Both the position numbers and the translations under genes were made by a program. Below the pieces are notes generated by a model, which did not search any database, was not told where the DNA came from, and worked only from the letters and a program-made list of their open reading frames with translations. DNA of 64,000 nucleotides from a virus: IMG/VR virus record IMGVR_UViG_3300031760_000017. One strand, 5' to 3'. Shown piece by piece: positions 32,742 to 42,562 of this stretch (positions are counted from its first letter, which is position 1; every line of letters starts with the position of its first letter).

Positions 32742-33263
32742 ATGAAAGCTGTAAAAGACCTTGCAGAAATGAAGCGACAGAAAGCTGATATTGAAAATCA
32801 GGCTGAGCTTTATAGAATTCAGCGTCAGAAAGAGGAAGCTGAAGCTGAAATGCAGTATAAAGAAGCTATTCAGGTTAAAAAGCGTGAAGCTGAAGCTGCA
32901 GCAGCCCAGGCTAAGAAAGACCTTCAGGAAGTTCTTAATGCAATCCAGACCGCTGAAGTTGCAAGAGAAAAAGAGAAGCATGCGGCAGAAGTTGCTCATG
33001 CAAAGGAACTTGCGGAAATTGAGAAAGCTAAGCAGGAAGCTTATGCTGCAACCGTAAAAGAAATTATGAGTTCTATCTCTCCTGACCTTGTTGCCGCAAT
33101 CAGCGCTAGCTCGAAAGCAGACCTTCTTAAAGAAGGTATGAAGAATATGTCTCCTTATGCAATCGCTAATGGAGAATCTGTTGCAGATACTGTTAACAAG
33201 CTTATGAGAGGAACTTCTCTTGAAGATGTCCTTGATAAAGCTTCTCCAAAAATTAATTTCTAA
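32742..33263 (+). CDS. MVP cap-helix-like coiled-coil domain. Probably the C-terminal part of an 829-aa read-through fusion with 30774..32741
   Basis: EA-rich coiled coil followed by ...SPDLVAAISASSKADLLKEGMKNMSPYAIANGESVADTVNKLMRG. Compare human MVP ...[46 protein letters not shown]. Confidence 0.45.
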   Translation: MKAVKDLAEMKRQKADIENQAELYRIQRQKEEAEAEMQYKEAIQVKKREAEAAAAQAKKDLQEVLNAIQTAEVAREKEKHAAEVAHAKELAEIEKAKQEAYAATVKEIMSSISPDLVAAISASSKADLLKEGMKNMSPYAIANGESVADTVNKLMRGTSLEDVLDKASPKINF

Positions 33264-33276
33264 TTTTTGACTTTTC

Positions 33277-33335
33277 CTTACAAGGAAGGAATTAAAAATT
33301 CCTTCCTTGTTTTTTTATAAAAATTATTATATAAT
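33277..33335 (+). terminator. Composite terminator and promoter cassette
   Basis: Hairpin ACAAGGAAGGAAT...ATTCCTTCCTTGT. TTGTTT is exactly 17 bp from TATAAT. Confidence 0.6.
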
Positions 33336-33368
33336 ATTTATGTAATAAAAAAGGAGAAAATAAAAAAT

Positions 33369-33539
33369 ATGGAAATAAAAGTTCAAGTTCATTATCCTTG
33401 GGCGGATGAGCCAGATTGGTGCAAGGTTCAAATTCCTGAAAATATAAGTGAAAGTGAAATTGATAAAATTGCTTATGAATTTGTTTTAGATTTGTTATTT
33501 GACCAAGGAATTAGTTGGGATTATGAAATAATTAATTAA
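33369..33539 (+). CDS. Small hypothetical protein, 56 aa
   Basis: ATG preceded by an AAAAGGAGAAAA SD. Confidence 0.4.
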   Translation: MEIKVQVHYPWADEPDWCKVQIPENISESEIDKIAYEFVLDLLFDQGISWDYEIIN

Positions 33540-33549
33540 GGAGAAAAAA

Positions 33550-33762
33550 ATGAGAGACCCAAATAGACTTTATAAATTTTATGAAAATTTAAGAGATATA
33601 CATATGACTTATTTTCCAGATTGGAGATTTGGACAACTTATACTTAATTTCTCTGGATGGTATTACAATAAATATAAAAAAGATATTTTTTATATTGAAG
33701 ACGATACAATGATAGAAGTATTTACAGAATATCTTAATTATATAAGAAATAGTATTTTTTAA
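33550..33762 (+). CDS. Hypothetical protein, 70 aa
   Basis: ORF with GGAGAAAAAA SD. Confidence 0.4.
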   Translation: MRDPNRLYKFYENLRDIHMTYFPDWRFGQLILNFSGWYYNKYKKDIFYIEDDTMIEVFTEYLNYIRNSIF

Positions 33763-33778
33763 AAGGAGATGATAAATA

Positions 33779-35017
33779 ATGCTTAATAAAAACAATGAAA
33801 GAGAACTTGCTTATGTGGTTATTGTTGATGCAGTAACTCCAATTAAAGGTTATGATAGAGTAGAGCTTGCTCATGTGGGCGGATGGACCGTTGTAGTTGG
33901 AAAAGGCGAGTTCCATGCGGGCGACCCCGCAATTTATTTTGAAATTGATTCTCAGCTTCCTGAGGTAGAGCCATTTACTAATATGGAATTTCTTGCTAAG
34001 AAACATTATAAAATTAAAACACAGAAAATGTGTAAATCTATTTCTCAGGGGCTTCTAATGTCTGCCGCAAATTTTGGATGGAAAAAATCTGCTGAAAATG
34101 CAGGTGACTTTCCATACATCAAGGATAATGAAGGTATTTGTCATTTTACAAATGATGAGTCTCGTTTCCTTACAAAGCAGCTTAATGTAACATACGCCGT
34201 TCCAGAAGATAATGCCCGCAAAGCAAATTCTGTTGATAAATATAAGAAAATGGCACAGCGCAATGGTAAGCTTTTCTCTCATCAGCCGTTTAAATGGCTT
34301 ATGAAAAAAGAGTGGGGAAGAAAACTTCTTTTCACATTCTTTGGTAGCAAAAAGGATAAGACAGGCTGGCCCGCATGGGTAAAAAAGACAGATGAGGAAA
34401 GAATCGAAAATCTTCCATATCTGTTTGAAGATAAGTCTCCTTGGATTGCTACTGAGAAAATTGATGGGACTAGCACAACTTTCACCCTGAAACGCGGAAA
34501 AGGACTCTTTAAGAAAGATGAATTTTATATTTGTTCCCGTAACGTATGTTTCGATAGACCTAATAAAAATTGTTTCTATGAAACAAATGTTTATATTGAA
34601 ATGGCTGAAAAATATAATATTTATAATAAGATGAAGCATCTTCTTGAAACAAAATATAAAGATTGTGAATGGATTACAATTCAGGGTGAGACTTATGGAA
34701 CTGGAATTCAGAAACGTGATTACCATATGACAGAACATAATTTTATGGCTTTTAACCTGATTTCCTCTAAAAATGGAAGAGAAAATTCACTTATTATGAA
34801 AGATATTCTTGAGAAGGAAAATGGTATTCCTTGTGTTCCTATTGTAGCTGACTCTTATACACTTCCGGGCACTCTTGAAGAGCTTCGTGAGTTTGTAGAT
34901 AGTGATACTTCCGTTATTGACGGAGAAATTAGAGAAGGAATTGTATTCCGTTCCACTGACGGTTCTCGTTCTTTTAAATGTGTTTCTCCAACATATCTTA
35001 TGAAATATCATCAGTAA
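33779..35017 (+). CDS. ATP-dependent RNA ligase (Rnl-family nucleotidyltransferase)
   Basis: KxDG adenylation motif (EKIDGTS). 412 aa. Sits in a cassette with the kinase and phosphatase genes. Confidence 0.6.
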   Translation: MLNKNNERELAYVVIVDAVTPIKGYDRVELAHVGGWTVVVGKGEFHAGDPAIYFEIDSQLPEVEPFTNMEFLAKKHYKIKTQKMCKSISQGLLMSAANFGWKKSAENAGDFPYIKDNEGICHFTNDESRFLTKQLNVTYAVPEDNARKANSVDKYKKMAQRNGKLFSHQPFKWLMKKEWGRKLLFTFFGSKKDKTGWPAWVKKTDEERIENLPYLFEDKSPWIATEKIDGTSTTFTLKRGKGLFKKDEFYICSRNVCFDRPNKNCFYETNVYIEMAEKYNIYNKMKHLLETKYKDCEWITIQGETYGTGIQKRDYHMTEHNFMAFNLISSKNGRENSLIMKDILEKENGIPCVPIVADSYTLPGTLEELREFVDSDTSVIDGEIREGIVFRSTDGSRSFKCVSPTYLMKYHQ

Positions 35018-35074
35018 ATTTTAAAGGTGAGATAAAAAATCTCACCTTGTTTTTTTTATTATTTTTTGTTATAA
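35018..35074 (+). terminator. Composite terminator and promoter cassette
   Basis: Hairpin AAGGTGAGAT...ATCTCACCTT. TTGTTT is exactly 17 bp from TGTTATAAT. Confidence 0.6.
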
Positions 35075-35110
35075 TATATATAATGAAAAATAAAGAAAGG
35101 ATATAAAAAT

Positions 35111-35365
35111 ATGACGCTTAAAGAATGGCTTAAAAAAATTGATTTAGTAATAGACGTAAAAATTTGGGGAAAAGATGATGAGATACCTCTCTTTGAAGGC
35201 GCAGCTTTTGATATTCCTTGGACTATTATTGATTTTTCAATAGGCAGAATGGAGAATAGCACAGAAGAACCTATTTATATTTGCACTTATAAAAATAAAA
35301 ATAATGTGGTACTTTCAATAATTGTTATTAATGTGATAGAAAAAGAGGAGGATTTTCCATTTTGA
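35111..35365 (+). CDS. Hypothetical protein, 84 aa
   Basis: ORF with AAAGGATATAAAAAT ahead of the ATG. Confidence 0.4.
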   Translation: MTLKEWLKKIDLVIDVKIWGKDDEIPLFEGAAFDIPWTIIDFSIGRMENSTEEPIYICTYKNKNNVVLSIIVINVIEKEEDFPF

Positions 35366-35646
35366 CAACACAAATTTCAGAAATGTATTGTACTTGCTGT
35401 GGTAAAAAAGGAATATCTATTCCTAGAAAAAATAGTAAATTTAGAAAATCTGGACATTTAAAAAAATTATATTGTATTTATTGCGGAGCTGAAAAAAATC
35501 ATGTTGAAATTCGTCCTATCTATGATGACTATACTTACAAAGATTTCGAACTTGAAATGAAATATAATAATTTTGATTCAGAAGGAAATAGAAAAGAATC
35601 TTATCGAATTTTTAGAGGAAATTTAAAGAAAGCAGGTGTTATATAA
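35362..35646 (+). CDS. Zinc-ribbon protein
   Basis: CxxC...CxxC motif. Probable TTG start after AAAAGAGGAGGA. Confidence 0.4.
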   Translation: MTTQISEMYCTCCGKKGISIPRKNSKFRKSGHLKKLYCIYCGAEKNHVEIRPIYDDYTYKDFELEMKYNNFDSEGNRKESYRIFRGNLKKAGVI

Positions 35647-36146
35647 TGGGTGATTTATATATAATGTGTGGCGTTCCTGGCTCTGGCAAATCAACCTTTC
35701 TTAAAAATAGAGTAAAATCAAATAAAGGTGTTATTATTTCTCGTGATAAAATTAGATTTTCTCTTGTCAAACCAGATGAACCTTATTTTTCAAAAGAAAG
35801 AGAAGTTACAAAAACTCTTTGGGATAAAATTAATAAAGAGTTAGCATCTGGAAATACTGTTTTTGTAGACCAAACTTCTCTTACTAGAAAATCTAGAAAA
35901 TGGCTTCTTGACCATATTATTACAAACAATTGTAACCATATTAATTTAATCTGGATAGATGAAAATCTTAAAACATGTTTAGAAAGAAATGAACAAAGAA
36001 AAGGAACTCGTGGTTATGTTCCTAAAGAATCTATTGTTAATATGTATAATAACTTTGAAGAGCCTTCATTAAATGAAGGATTCTATCGAATCTTTAAATA
36101 CAATAGCACAAATGATGAGATAACTTATAAAGGAGTGATTTTATAA
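35646..36146 (+). CDS. Polynucleotide 5'-kinase (P-loop, Pnk-like)
   Basis: Walker A motif CGVPGSGKST. 166 aa. ATGA overlap with the neighbouring genes. Confidence 0.6.
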   Translation: MGDLYIMCGVPGSGKSTFLKNRVKSNKGVIISRDKIRFSLVKPDEPYFSKEREVTKTLWDKINKELASGNTVFVDQTSLTRKSRKWLLDHIITNNCNHINLIWIDENLKTCLERNEQRKGTRGYVPKESIVNMYNNFEEPSLNEGFYRIFKYNSTNDEITYKGVIL

Positions 36147-36667
36147 TGTCAAATATTTGGCTTATTTCAGATACTCATTTTAATCATAATAAAAATTTTA
36201 TTTGGAAGGCTCGCGGCTTTAATTCAGTAGAAGAAATGAATGAAACCATTATTAAAAATTGGAACGATGTGATTCAACCAGATGATGTTGTATATCATCT
36301 TGGTGATGTTATTATGGGCGAGCTTGATGCGGGCATTCCCCTTATAAAAAGACTTAATGGCAAAATTAAACTAGCAATTGGAAATCATGACACAACAATG
36401 CGCCTTGCCGCATTTAAAGAACTTTTTGATGAAATTAATTTTGGATATAGACTTAAAAAAGGTAAAAAAACCTTTCTACTTACTCATTATCCAACTCTAG
36501 TTGATAACTATGATGACCCAGTAAAAGTATATTCTATACATGGTCATACTCATTCATCAAATGCTTTTTGTGACCATCCTTTTATGTATAATGTCAACTG
36601 TGATGCACATAATTGTAAACCAATTCTTTTTGAAGAGGTAATTGAAGACATATACAGTCATAAATAA
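36146..36667 (+). CDS. Calcineurin-like metallophosphoesterase, the candidate 2',3'-phosphatase of the RNA repair cassette
   Basis: Motifs DTHFNH, GDV and GNHD. Confidence 0.6.
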   Translation: MSNIWLISDTHFNHNKNFIWKARGFNSVEEMNETIIKNWNDVIQPDDVVYHLGDVIMGELDAGIPLIKRLNGKIKLAIGNHDTTMRLAAFKELFDEINFGYRLKKGKKTFLLTHYPTLVDNYDDPVKVYSIHGHTHSSNAFCDHPFMYNVNCDAHNCKPILFEEVIEDIYSHK

Positions 36668-36705
36668 AGCTTGGACAAAATTAAATAAATTATTATTTCA
36701 ATTTT

Positions 36706-36747
36706 TAATATTCTTTAAGAGGAAACTCTTAAAGAATATTTTTTTTA
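36706..36747 (+). terminator. Rho-independent terminator immediately upstream of the holin
   Basis: AATATTCTTTAAGAGG-AAAC-TCTTAAAGAATATT followed by T8. Confidence 0.7.
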
Positions 36748-36763
36748 TGGAGGTTAAAATTAA

Positions 36764-37015
36764 ATGAACCTGAAGGTTAGATTTAGAAATCCAATATTTA
36801 TTGCACAACTTATTTTATCAATTTTAACTCCAATTTTATCTTATGCAGGATTAACGCTCCAAGATTTAACAACTTGGGCTTCTCTTGGTAATCTCTTAAT
36901 CGGAGCACTAAGTAATCCATATGTTCTTGGTTTAATTATTGTTTCACTATGGGGCGCCCTAAATGATCCTACAACAGCAGGTATTACAGATAGTAAGCTA
37001 GCAATGACATACTAG
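36764..37015 (+). CDS. Holin (phi LC3/LL-H-like). It ends in TAG. Read-through would add 6 aa (QKPRKDN) up to TAA 37031-37033
   Basis: 83 aa with two TM segments. MNLKVRFRNPIFIAQLILSIL resembles holins of the LL-H family. GGAGG SD. Confidence 0.6.
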   Translation: MNLKVRFRNPIFIAQLILSILTPILSYAGLTLQDLTTWASLGNLLIGALSNPYVLGLIIVSLWGALNDPTTAGITDSKLAMTY

Positions 37016-37045
37016 AAACCTAGAAAAGATAATTAATTAATAAAA

Positions 37046-37080
37046 GGACAGAGAAATAAAATTCTCTGTCTTTTTATTTT
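37046..37080 (+). terminator. Rho-independent terminator
   Basis: GGACAGAGAA-ATAAAA-TTCTCTGTC followed by a T-run. Confidence 0.7.
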
Positions 37081-37097
37081 TCTAAAGGAGAATAAAA

Positions 37098-39383
37098 ATG
37101 ACATAGAAAGAATTTATTTAGAAAGTAAAAAATCCATGTATAAATGCAACAAATATAATCGGCGGTTATCTTCCCAGCGTATTAATTGGACAAATGTGTT
37201 TATAGACTGGTTACGGAACTGGATATAATTGCGAATTATTAATGCAATGGAATAATTTGCTTGGAATGAAAACTTAGTTATTAAATGACACTTGGAAATC
37301 TAAATATTGGAATGGCAAATCCGCAACTAAAAGAACTCCAGAGTATTATGGTTACCATACAACTATTACAGATTCATTCAGGGTTTATGATAATATTTAG
37401 CAATGTGCATGTGACTATTTACAATTTATGCGCGATGCTAAATATTCTAAAAACGGAAACTATAAATATAGAGATGTTTTAACAATAAAAGATCCAACTC
37501 AACTGATTACTCAAGTATCTAAACGAGGATATGCAACAGATCCAGCTTATATTACATCTGTCATGAGTATTATTAAAAAATATAACTTAACTCAATATGA
37601 TTCAAATGGAGGGAATAAACCTATGACATTAAAATAGGCATTATCAAAACTTGGTGTTAATTTAATTAATAGAATTAGTCAGAATAGAAGCCAAGTTCCT
37701 GCTCATAATGCAAATTCACACCAATATTTTGCTGTTCACTACCTTGGTGTAAATGGTTAGAATCCAGACCTATATGGCGGCGGATATGGTGGACATTTTT
37801 ACGTAAGTAAAGATGGTAAATGCTATCAAGCCGCGGAAGTAACTGATAAACTTTGGCATGTAGGTGCTTCTTCAGGATTCTCTTATATTCATTCTTATGC
37901 AAGAAATAATAATACAATAGGAGTTGAATGCGGAACTTACACAGCTTCTGGAAGAAATAATGATAATGAGACATGGTATTTTACAGAAGCCACTCAAGTA
38001 ACTGCCGCAAAATTAGCAGCAGCTGTACTTACTGTTTATAATTTACCTATGGATCATTTATTAAGACATGGGGATATTACAACTAAAAATTGTCCATCTC
38101 CATTAAAAAGAGACCAGGGTAAAGGTAGCAACTGGACTTGGGATAAATTTAAATCAGAAGTTTCTAAATATATGGCTCAATTAGGAAATGAATCCGCTCC
38201 AACTGTTACTATTCTAAAATTAGGAAGTAATGGAAAATAGGTTAAAGAATTACAAGAAAAATTATTACTTTTAGGATTTGTAGATTGTGCTTATTACAAT
38301 AAAAATAGAAATTTCGCAGATGGTGATTTTGGATAGAATACTTTAAAATCATTAAAATATTTCCAACAAGCAAAAGGATTATAGGTTGATGGTATTTATG
38401 GACCAAAAACCGCAGAAGCATTAGATAAAGCCGTTAAAGAAGCAAAAGCTTCAAAATTTGATGTTACAGTAGATGAATTTTTAAATAATGCAAAAATTAT
38501 TGCAAAAGAAAATAAAGAAAAAGGCTTTAAATATGGTAATGCTTGTTGCTTACCTTCAGTTTATCCTTTTGAAAAAATAACATCTTGTGATAGATTTGTC
38601 GATCAAGTTTTATATAAGAGTGGATTAAAAACTGTTGGTAATCGCGGTTTTACTGATTTATAGGATTGTTTAATTAATCTTAAAGCTCAAAAAATTTATC
38701 GAGAATCTTAGTTACAAAAAGGTGATATTGTATATACAATTGGACATGTATTCATTCTTGGAAACAAAATTTCTAATACTACTTATTAGAGATACGATGC
38801 AGGTTCTGTTGAAAGAATCCAATTAACTGGACCTTATGCTAGCTATAAATCTCAGCCTTTTGTTGAAGAAATTGACCTTTTCACTTTTGCTTATAGATTA
38901 CCTTTTAAAACAAAAGAAGAAAAGAAAGAAAAGACTTCAACATTTTTAAAACTTGGTGATAATAGTGCATCAGTTAAACAAATGCAAGAAAAATTAATTA
39001 AACTTGGATATTTTGTAGGCACAGCTGGTGCGGATGGCGATTTTGGTCAAAACACATTAAAAGCATTAAAATATTTTCAATCTAATCATGGATTAACCGC
39101 AGATGGATATTATGGTCCACTTGCTAAACAAAAATTAGAAAGTATCTATAATAAAATTAAAAATTATGATACACCTACTAAACATGATAATTTAATTAAA
39201 GAGAAAATTTTTACAACAACAGACAATTTAAATTTACGTAAAGGTTCTTCAATAGCACATGAAATTATACTTTAGATTCCAAAAGGAGCAAAAGTAAAGT
39301 GGTATGGTTATTATACCGGATCTTGGTATTATGTAGTTTATAATGGAAATATTGGATATGCATCTTCTCATTATTTAAAATAA
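37098..39383 (+). CDS. Multidomain endolysin, about 761 aa, TAG-recoded with about 17 in-frame TAGs. It has a glucosaminidase-like N-terminus and an amidase_2/PGRP domain. Two PG_binding_1 repeats and a CHAP/NlpC-like region follow. A C-terminal SH3 domain completes it
   Basis: A single frame joins track ORFs 37428.., 38049.. and 38982... Motifs HGDITTKNCP (amidase_2) and ADGDFG.NTLK.LKYFQ (PG_binding_1, two copies). SH3-like C-terminus. Ends in TAA. Confidence 0.7.
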
Positions 39384-39397
39384 TAATAAAACCTTTT

Positions 39398-39437
39398 AAG
39401 AGGGAAATTGCTTTGCAATTTCCCTCTTTTATTTTTT
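39398..39437 (+). terminator. Rho-independent terminator
   Basis: AAGAGGGAAATTGC-TTT-GCAATTTCCCTCTT followed by a T-run. Confidence 0.8.
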
Positions 39438-39490
39438 GAAAAATAAAAATATTTATATTATAATAATATATATTCATATAGGAGGTTTGT

Positions 39491-39994
39491 ATGTTATATA
39501 TTTATATAGATGGGTCCTGCCGTGGCAATGGATCTAAAAATTCTAAAGGCGGTTTTGGAATAGTAATATTTGATGATAACCGTAATTTAATTGACGCTTA
39601 TCAAGAACAGTTTGATAATGTGACAAATAATCAAATGGAATTAAAGGCATTTCTAAAGACATTTGAATTATTAAATACAAAATATAAAAATCAACAAGCA
39701 ACTATTTATTCTGATTCTGCATATTGTGTTAATATCCTTTCTTCTTGGATTCATAAATGGAGTAAAAACAATTGGAAAAATAGTAAAAATGAAACAATTA
39801 AAAATTTAGATATTATTTCATCTTTATATGAATATTATAATATAAATTTTTTTATTAATCAAATTTATATAGTTAAAGTTGATGGTCATAAAGGTGATAT
39901 AGGTAATGAATTAGCTGATGCTCTTGCACAATTTAATAAAGAAAAATTTAGTAATATTATATTACAAAATCATATAAACATTAGTCTTTTGTAA
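39491..39994 (+). CDS. rnhA: Ribonuclease H (RNase HI-like)
   Basis: DGSC...E...D...HKGDIGNELADALA catalytic motifs. Confidence 0.7.
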   Translation: MLYIYIDGSCRGNGSKNSKGGFGIVIFDDNRNLIDAYQEQFDNVTNNQMELKAFLKTFELLNTKYKNQQATIYSDSAYCVNILSSWIHKWSKNNWKNSKNETIKNLDIISSLYEYYNINFFINQIYIVKVDGHKGDIGNELADALAQFNKEKFSNIILQNHINISLL

Positions 39995-40058
39995 AAAAGT
40001 TGTTAAATTTAAAAAAATATTATATAATATAATTATAAAATAAAAAGAGGCAAAATAT

Positions 40059-40826
40059 ATGAAATATATATTAAAAAATGGTTAGTAGATAGAGTCCATT
40101 GATATTGGAAAGGCTAATATCAAAATAGGGCAAAGAAATAATCGACTTACTATTTGTGATAGAGCGCCTAATACAAAATCAAAAAAAGCACGTATAATTT
40201 GTTTATGTGATTGTGGACAATACACAGTTATAAATCATCAAGATTTTAAAAATGGACAAGTTAAAAGTTGTGGATGCTATGCAAAAGAAATACATGCTGA
40301 AATAGGAAGAAAAACTGCTATAGATTTCACTCAATCATAGTACAATAATAATCCATTTTATGAATATATTGAACCTACAGATGTTAGATTTAATTGGAGT
40401 AAACAAGTAGTATGGAAGGTTAAATGTAGAAAATGTAATAAAGAATATTTAGCAATTCCTAAAGAATTAATTTCTATAAATAATAATAAGCGTATGAATC
40501 CTTGTAATTGTTGGAAAACTTATAGTATTGGAGTTCAACGTATTATTGCAATATTAGAAAAAAATAATATTTCTTATGAATTAGAAAAAAAATTTGATAC
40601 ATGTATTTCACCAAAAGGAAATTGTTTACCTTTTGATTTCTATCTTCCTGATTATAAGATTTTAATAGAATATGATGGACAACAACATTTTAATATAGCA
40701 TTTGGTCAAAATGAAAATAAATTGATTCAACAAAAAAAATATGATAAAATAAAAAATGAATGGTGTAAAAATAATAATATTCATTTAATTAGGATACCTT
40801 ATTATCAAAAAGAAATTACAATTTAG
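40059..40826 (+). CDS. Putative homing endonuclease-like protein, with a Zn-ribbon and a PD-(D/E)XK-like EYDG region. TAG-recoded with 3 TAGs
   Basis: Continuous frame from the ATG at 40059 through track ORF 40494... Consecutive TAG TAG at codons 9-10. Confidence 0.35.
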
Positions 40827-40848
40827 AATTTAATAGGAGAAAAAATTA

Positions 40849-42562
40849 ATGGGTAAATTATATACAGAAGACTCGATAGAAAGCTTATCTCCTCTCGAAT
40901 TTACACGACTTAGACCTGGTGTATATTGTGGAGACACTAATTACTCTACTCAATTATTAATTGAAATATTTTCAAATGCAGTAGATGAATACCGTAATGG
41001 ATTTGGAAATAGAATTGATGTAACTATTCTCCCTGACATGATTTCGGTTAGAGATTATGGGCAAGGATTTATTCCAAATTCATATCGGGACGATGGAAAA
41101 ACAATTCTTGAAGCGGCATTTAGTGTTTTAAATACATCTGGAAAATATCGAGATGATGGAACCTATGAAGGAACTTCTTTAGGTTCTTTTGGTATCGGTT
41201 CAAAAATTACGACTTTCCTTTCTCATTGGTTAAGAGTTAAAACTATGAGAGATTCAGAGTGGGAAGAAATATATTTTAAAGAGGGCGTATTTCAATACCG
41301 AACAAGCGGTGCTGGAGGAGTTACTGGAACTCTTGTTGAATGGCAACCTTCAGAAGAATTTTTTACTCATCCAGAAGTAGAAATTAAAAAGGTCGTAGAT
41401 TTATTTAAAACTATTACATGTCTTTGCCCTGGTCTAACAATTAATCTATATGACCATGGAAAACATACTGTTTTTGTTTCTGATAATGGAATTAATGATT
41501 TAATTGATGAAGCTGTAAAAGACACAGAGCTTATTAATAATCGTTTTTCAATGAACTTTTCAGAAGGCAAAAATAAATTTGATATGGTTCTTACTTATGC
41601 AGGCAATTATTCTTTAACAATGGTCCCATATGTAAACACTGGACTTACAGAATCTGGACCTCATATTACTCAAATCAAAACCGTTATCACAAGAGAATTT
41701 AATAAATTCTTTAAAGAAAAAAAATGGTTAAAAGATAAAGATTCTAACTTAACTGGTGATGATATTCAAGAGGGTATGTATGTAATATTTAATCTTACTG
41801 CTCCCAATGTTGGTTATGACGCTCAAGTCAAGAGTAGAATCACAAAGATTGACATGAGTCCTTTTACTTCTGCATTAAGTACAAATTTAAACATTTGGCT
41901 TAATAATAATGAAAAAGAAATAAAAATTATTTTTGAAAAAGCAACAGCCGCCCGTAAGGCAAGAGATGCCGCAAAGAAAGCAAGAGATAAAGCAAGAGAG
42001 CAAAATAAAAAGAAACAGAAAGCTCTTAAATTCGATAGTAAACTTGCAGATTGTAATTCAAAAGATAGAAGTAAATGTGAAATTTATATTACTGAGGGAG
42101 ATAGTGCATCTGGTAATTTAAAGCTTGCTCGTGATAATGAAACACAGGCGGTTATGCCAGTTAGAGGTAAAATTTTAAATACTCAAAAAGCTACTTTTGC
42201 ACAGATTCAAAAAAATGCAGAAATTATGACAATGTGTGATGCCTTCTTTGGACCTGGAGACTGGTCTATTGACCCTAAGACTCTTAAAGTAACTTATAGT
42301 CAAGTAAGATATGGCAAAATAATCATTATGTCAGATGCTGATTGTGATGGAGCGCATATTAAAAATCTTTTTTACACCTTTATATGGAATTTCTGTCCTG
42401 ATCTAGTTCAAAAAGGGTATGTTTATGCTGGGGTTCCCCCGCTTTATAAAATTACTCTTCCTGCAAATAAAGGATATAAATATTTAAAAAATGATGAAGC
42501 ATTAAATGAATTTAAAAGCAAGAATAAAGATAAAAAATATCAGATCGGACGCATGAAAGGGT
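40849..42562 (+). CDS. gyrB: DNA topoisomerase II / gyrase B-like subunit, exon 1
   Basis: GHKL ATPase, TOPRIM motifs (EGDSA, PVRGKILN, IMSDADCDGAHI). Exon 1 ends ...RMKG plus one nt (U). Confidence 0.7.

Noticed and set aside
31149-33057. ORFs 31149..31493(-), 32415..32690(-), 32721..32999(-) and 32791..33057(+)
   Set aside because: Antisense or out-of-frame artefacts within the MVP-like genes, with low-complexity composition.
37428-39275. Separate small lysin-fragment genes at 37428, 38049 and 38982
   Set aside because: All are in one frame with TAG the only interruption. The domain order is coherent as a single endolysin.
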